Shown: piece after piece, positions 61,216 through 64,000 of the stretch
Layout: each line of letters opens with the position of its first letter
How positions within the stretch are numbered: the first letter of the stretch is position 1
Origin: Faecousia sp.
GTDB taxonomy: Bacteria > Bacillota > Clostridia > Oscillospirales > Oscillospiraceae
DNA: 64,000 bases
Reading direction: 5' to 3'
NCBI GenBank assembly: GCA_045577435.1
Contig: JAZNIL010000061.1
Span: 583 to 64,582, forward strand
The notes under the pieces: model-generated
The model's database searches: none
What the model was told of the DNA's origin: nothing
The model's input: the letters and a program-made list of their open reading frames with translations, nothing else
Program-made: the position numbers and the translations under genes

Positions 61216-61267
61216 TCTACTATCAGTAGACCACCTTTATTCTACTGCCAGTAGAATGTTTTGTCAA
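61216..61267 (-). promoter_or_regulatory. Promoter and two BlaI-type operators (TCTACT-N3-AGTAGA)
   Basis: TTGACA-17 nt-TAGAAT; palindromes at 61216-61230 and 61241-61255. Confidence 0.85.
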
Positions 61268-61287
61268 TAGTATGTTTTATAAAATGG

Positions 61288-61318
61288 AAAGCGCGCCGGA
61301 TTTGCCTGGCGCGCTTTT
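61288..61318 (-). terminator. Terminator after the coiled-coil gene
   Basis: AAAGCGCGCC...GGCGCGCTTT stem. Confidence 0.75.
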
Positions 61319-61319
61319 C

Positions 61320-62255
61320 TTATGAATGGATTACCAGTTCTTCAATCTTGGTCTTGAGTGCCGCGATTTGTTTGTCGGCATCCTGCTCCATACTGTTAAG
61401 CCTGTTCACTGCCTTCTCAATCTTGTGTCTGACTGATATAACAGAGGACTGGGACTGGCTGATCCGGTCACCAACTGCCCAGTCTGCAAACCACCCATCA
61501 AAGAAGTAGTCCGCAAACCGCAGGAAGCCCTCCACATTTACCTGCATATTCGCCTGGATATTGATATCAGCCAGTTCCGTCTTAAACTTCCGCAGTTGGT
61601 CTTGCAGCACCATCACGTTTGCCTGCGCATCGTCCAGGTGTCCGTGCTTGGCTATATGGGTAATGATACCACCGCCACCAATAATATCCCAGGTGTTCCA
61701 ATCTTCCGCGCCTTCCAGTTCAGACAGAACTGCCTCAGCGGTATAAAAGGCCTTTCGTCCAGCCGCCATCGCCTCGCGAATCTCCCGCTTCTGGCTTTCC
61801 AGAAAACCAAGCTTTTCTTCAAGTCCCAGGATTTCCTCACCCGTCGGTGTTCCGGAATCCTCTACCTCCGCACGTTTCCTCTGCAAGGCAGAAGCATAAT
61901 CATCTTCGCAGCCATACAACCGGCCCAGCTGTGAATGGATCTGCTGAATCTCACAATCCACAGCAACCAGTTCCCGCTCCGCCGCATCCAGCTTCACTCT
62001 GGCGGCAGCGGCCTGTCTGCGTTCCTCTGTGAGCTTATCATCCAGCTTGCCGATCACCTGGTAGAAATAGTTGGCAAGACTCCTGCCCTCCAGCTTTTCC
62101 ACATCCTCCAGTTCGCCCCGGTGCGCAACCCGCAGTTCGATGACCTTTTGGTCAAACACACGGCGCTGCTCCCGGAGGTCATTCAGCTTAGCCTCCAGTT
62201 GCTTTTTGAGGGCAACCCTTTGCTGCAGCTTTTGCAGATCATTATCGTATGTCAT
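61320..62255 (-). CDS. Coiled-coil hypothetical protein
   Basis: Heptad-rich 311 aa with DVEKLEG, WNTWDIIGGGG and FADYFFDGWFADW motifs. Confidence 0.8.
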   Translation of the reverse strand: MTYDNDLQKLQQRVALKKQLEAKLNDLREQRRVFDQKVIELRVAHRGELEDVEKLEGRSLANYFYQVIGKLDDKLTEERRQAAAARVKLDAAERELVAVDCEIQQIHSQLGRLYGCEDDYASALQRKRAEVEDSGTPTGEEILGLEEKLGFLESQKREIREAMAAGRKAFYTAEAVLSELEGAEDWNTWDIIGGGGIITHIAKHGHLDDAQANVMVLQDQLRKFKTELADINIQANMQVNVEGFLRFADYFFDGWFADWAVGDRISQSQSSVISVRHKIEKAVNRLNSMEQDADKQIAALKTKIEELVIHS

Positions 62256-62419
62256 TCTTGCACCCCCATCTTGTGCCGGAGATCCCCTAGGCTCTTATCA
62301 TACTGCACCTGGGTAATCGCACCTTTTTCAAGAAACATGTCCAGGGTTTTCTTTTGTTCCTGAAAGAGTTTTATCTTCTTTTCTTCAGATGTAAGGTCAG
62401 TCCACTGGATTTTTTCCAT
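62252..62419 (-). CDS. Small protein (55 aa), SHOCT-like
   Basis: Not in ORF track; MEKIQWTDLTSEEKKIKLFQEQKKTLDMFLEKGAITQVQYDKSLGDLRHKMGVQE; GGGGGA RBS and ATGA coupling to the next gene. Confidence 0.7.
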   Translation of the reverse strand: MEKIQWTDLTSEEKKIKLFQEQKKTLDMFLEKGAITQVQYDKSLGDLRHKMGVQE

Positions 62420-62432
62420 ACACATCCCCCCG

Positions 62433-62657
62433 TTACACCTCTATTTCATCCTGATCGATGATAAACTTCCGGCAGTCGGCACAGTGGTGCATGATTACAT
62501 TGCCGGTCTTCCAGCAGGACGTAAGCCTGATATTTCTCTTCCTGCTGACCAGTATTCCTGGCTCCCGCTTAGCCGGATACCACTCTATCGGAAAGAGCGC
62601 CCTTGTCTCATCTACATAACCTTTTTCCATTTCGGTATGGCAATAGGGACAATTCAT
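62433..62657 (-). CDS. Small zinc-ribbon protein (DUF6487/PF20097-like)
   Basis: MNCPYC..EMEKG...CADCRKFIID. Confidence 0.8.
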   Translation of the reverse strand: MNCPYCHTEMEKGYVDETRALFPIEWYPAKREPGILVSRKRNIRLTSCWKTGNVIMHHCADCRKFIIDQDEIEV

Positions 62658-62669
62658 AAAACAGCCTCC

Positions 62670-62888
62670 TTAACCCGAATAATCAATCACCATCTTTTGG
62701 CAATGGGGGCAATTATGCGCAACGCATGCAGACCCCTTTAAAATTGACAGTTCAGAAAGGACAACGCTTCCTTTGTGCAGGAATGCCCGTGTAAAAAACT
62801 TCCGCTTCTCTCCCGGAATCCAATTCAACTCCTGAGGGCTGTGAATCAGCCCTTTTTTCATTTCATTACCGCAATAGGGACAGTTCAT
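62670..62888 (-). CDS. Small zinc-ribbon protein (DUF6487/PF20097-like), paralog
   Basis: MNCPYC..EMKKG...CPHCQKMVID. Confidence 0.8.
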   Translation of the reverse strand: MNCPYCGNEMKKGLIHSPQELNWIPGEKRKFFTRAFLHKGSVVLSELSILKGSACVAHNCPHCQKMVIDYSG

Positions 62889-62907
62889 TGCGCATCCCTC
62901 CCAAAAA

Positions 62908-63396
62908 CTAGTTGCTTGCGGATGCGGAGGAAGATGCAGCCATTACACAGTCAATGGTCAGCACCACAGCCAATGCTACAATTTCATCCTGAGGATCGGA
63001 GATGTTCAGTTCATAGCTGTCGCCCCAGGTCATCCACTCTTTGCTGATGGACACAATGGGATAACCGTTCTTGGTAATTTCATAGTCATGTGCCATGAAA
63101 CTGCCGTTAATCTCCCAACCCAAACCTTCAATATTATATTTGGGAAACAGGAAGGTAAACTCTTTCTTGATCTCGGCTACCTGCCGATCACCGCAGAACA
63201 CATAGTATCTGGGCATCCAGCTCCATACCTCCTGCTTGATAAAGGCCACCTCCCGGCCACTTATGTCGTACACGTGGAGTTTCTTGCCGAAGGTGAAGAC
63301 CTCTCCCTCTATGTAATAACGGTCCCGGCCTGCTTCATCCTTAACGGTGAACTTATCTCCCCAGGAAAACACTTTTTGCTTTATGTACAGTTTCAT
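62908..63396 (-). CDS. LURP-one-related/scramblase family protein
   Basis: LYIKQKVFSWGDKF, KEWMTWGDSYEL, AVVLTID. Confidence 0.88.
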   Translation of the reverse strand: MKLYIKQKVFSWGDKFTVKDEAGRDRYYIEGEVFTFGKKLHVYDISGREVAFIKQEVWSWMPRYYVFCGDRQVAEIKKEFTFLFPKYNIEGLGWEINGSFMAHDYEITKNGYPIVSISKEWMTWGDSYELNISDPQDEIVALAVVLTIDCVMAASSSASASN

Positions 63397-63408
63397 AGCC
63401 TTTCCTCC

Positions 63409-63822
63409 TTATAACCTCTCAAAACCAAGATACCGGGTTCCCTGAAAGGTCAGTCTGCCTCTGTCCCCCTCCACCAGGATACCGTACTCATGTCCGGCTA
63501 CACACAGTTCCATCCGATCTCCGCTTTCCACCTGGAAAGTCACATAGTAGGTGGTGGAGTGGGTGGTGTGGTGCATTCCGGTGCCACCGTGATTATGGTG
63601 GTGATGGTGGGATACATTGGTACGCTTTGCCACAACGGTTGCCGATACAGTCAGTCTGGGAGAATGGTTATTCTTATTCCACTGGCTGATGCCCTTTACA
63701 GCGATCACAATAAACATACCGATCACAAGAACAAAGACCAATGTAAACATGATCCCAAAGACCGTAAAACCAGTTCCAAATCCGGAAAATCCAAAATCAT
63801 TAAAACCTAATCTCATACCCAT
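63409..63822 (-). CDS. DUF2500 family membrane protein
   Basis: TM then QWNKNNHSP, TTYYVTFQVESGDRMEL, LTFQGTRY. Confidence 0.85.
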   Translation of the reverse strand: MGMRLGFNDFGFSGFGTGFTVFGIMFTLVFVLVIGMFIVIAVKGISQWNKNNHSPRLTVSATVVAKRTNVSHHHHHNHGGTGMHHTTHSTTYYVTFQVESGDRMELCVAGHEYGILVEGDRGRLTFQGTRYLGFERL

Positions 63823-63844
63823 TTTCTCTCCTCCAATATGCAAA

Positions 63845-63874
63845 GTGAGGCCTTACATTGCTGCAAGGCCTCAC
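63845..63874 (-). terminator. Hairpin/terminator after the upstream partial gene
   Basis: GTGAGGCCTT...AAGGCCTCAC followed by TTT on the minus strand. Confidence 0.65.
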
Positions 63875-63882
63875 CGCGAAAC

Positions 63883-64000
63883 TTACTCGGTCACAGTGTC
63901 ACCGTCCTGAATCACAGGTGTTTCTGCAGCGCTGGGCACCTGGGGAACGACTACCACAGAGGGCTGATTATCAGCAACTAGCTTACCGCCTAATGCACCC
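63883..64000 (-). CDS. 3' end of an unidentified gene (partial)
   Basis: Open frame ...GALGGKLVADNQPSVVVVPQVPSAAETPVIQDGDTVTE-stop ending just before a hairpin. Confidence 0.55.
   Translation of the reverse strand, partial: GALGGKLVADNQPSVVVVPQVPSAAETPVIQDGDTVTE

Noticed and set aside
62250-63410. Integron-like cassette array of small genes
   Set aside because: Spacers are only RBS-sized, with no shared recombination site and no integrase in the window.
63883-64000. Flotillin/SPFH identity for the partial last gene
   Set aside because: Only 38 codons are visible; too little to support a family call.

Overview
Mostly core chromosome of a spore-forming, anaerobic Bacillota (Clostridia; Oscillospiraceae-like by gene content and protein style, an inference). 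In order: hslO (cut by the window edge), a SAM methyltransferase, the dcw cluster (mraZ-rsmH-ftsL-spoVD/pbp-murE-murF-mraY-ftsW/spoVE-murG-divIB-ftsZ; no ftsA or murD), a stand-alone ClpC-like ATPase, ferredoxin-trmN6-rsmI, abrB, spmAB, efp region, pepT, ackA/tmcAL, an F1Fo ATP synthase operon with a Na+-type c subunit, recD2-comF-mreB-like, a Feo iron-uptake locus with three TTAG-N6-CTAA boxes, several enzymes, a ~300 bp transposase-less IS200-like element, a GH1/GH36/GPH-permease/GH13 sugar cluster, a Spo0A paralog with a degenerate receiver and altered DNA-recognition helix under tandem 0A-like boxes, two adjacent BlaI-BlaR1(M56) modules with differently spaced operators, and a run of small membrane/Zn-ribbon genes. 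No rRNA, tRNA, CRISPR array or prophage was seen. All calls come from motif reading by eye; no searches were run. Best candidates for something undescribed: the Spo0A paralog, the twin BlaI/M56 sensors, the sigF-like-promoter ClpC paralog and the apparently catalytically dead GH18-like protein.
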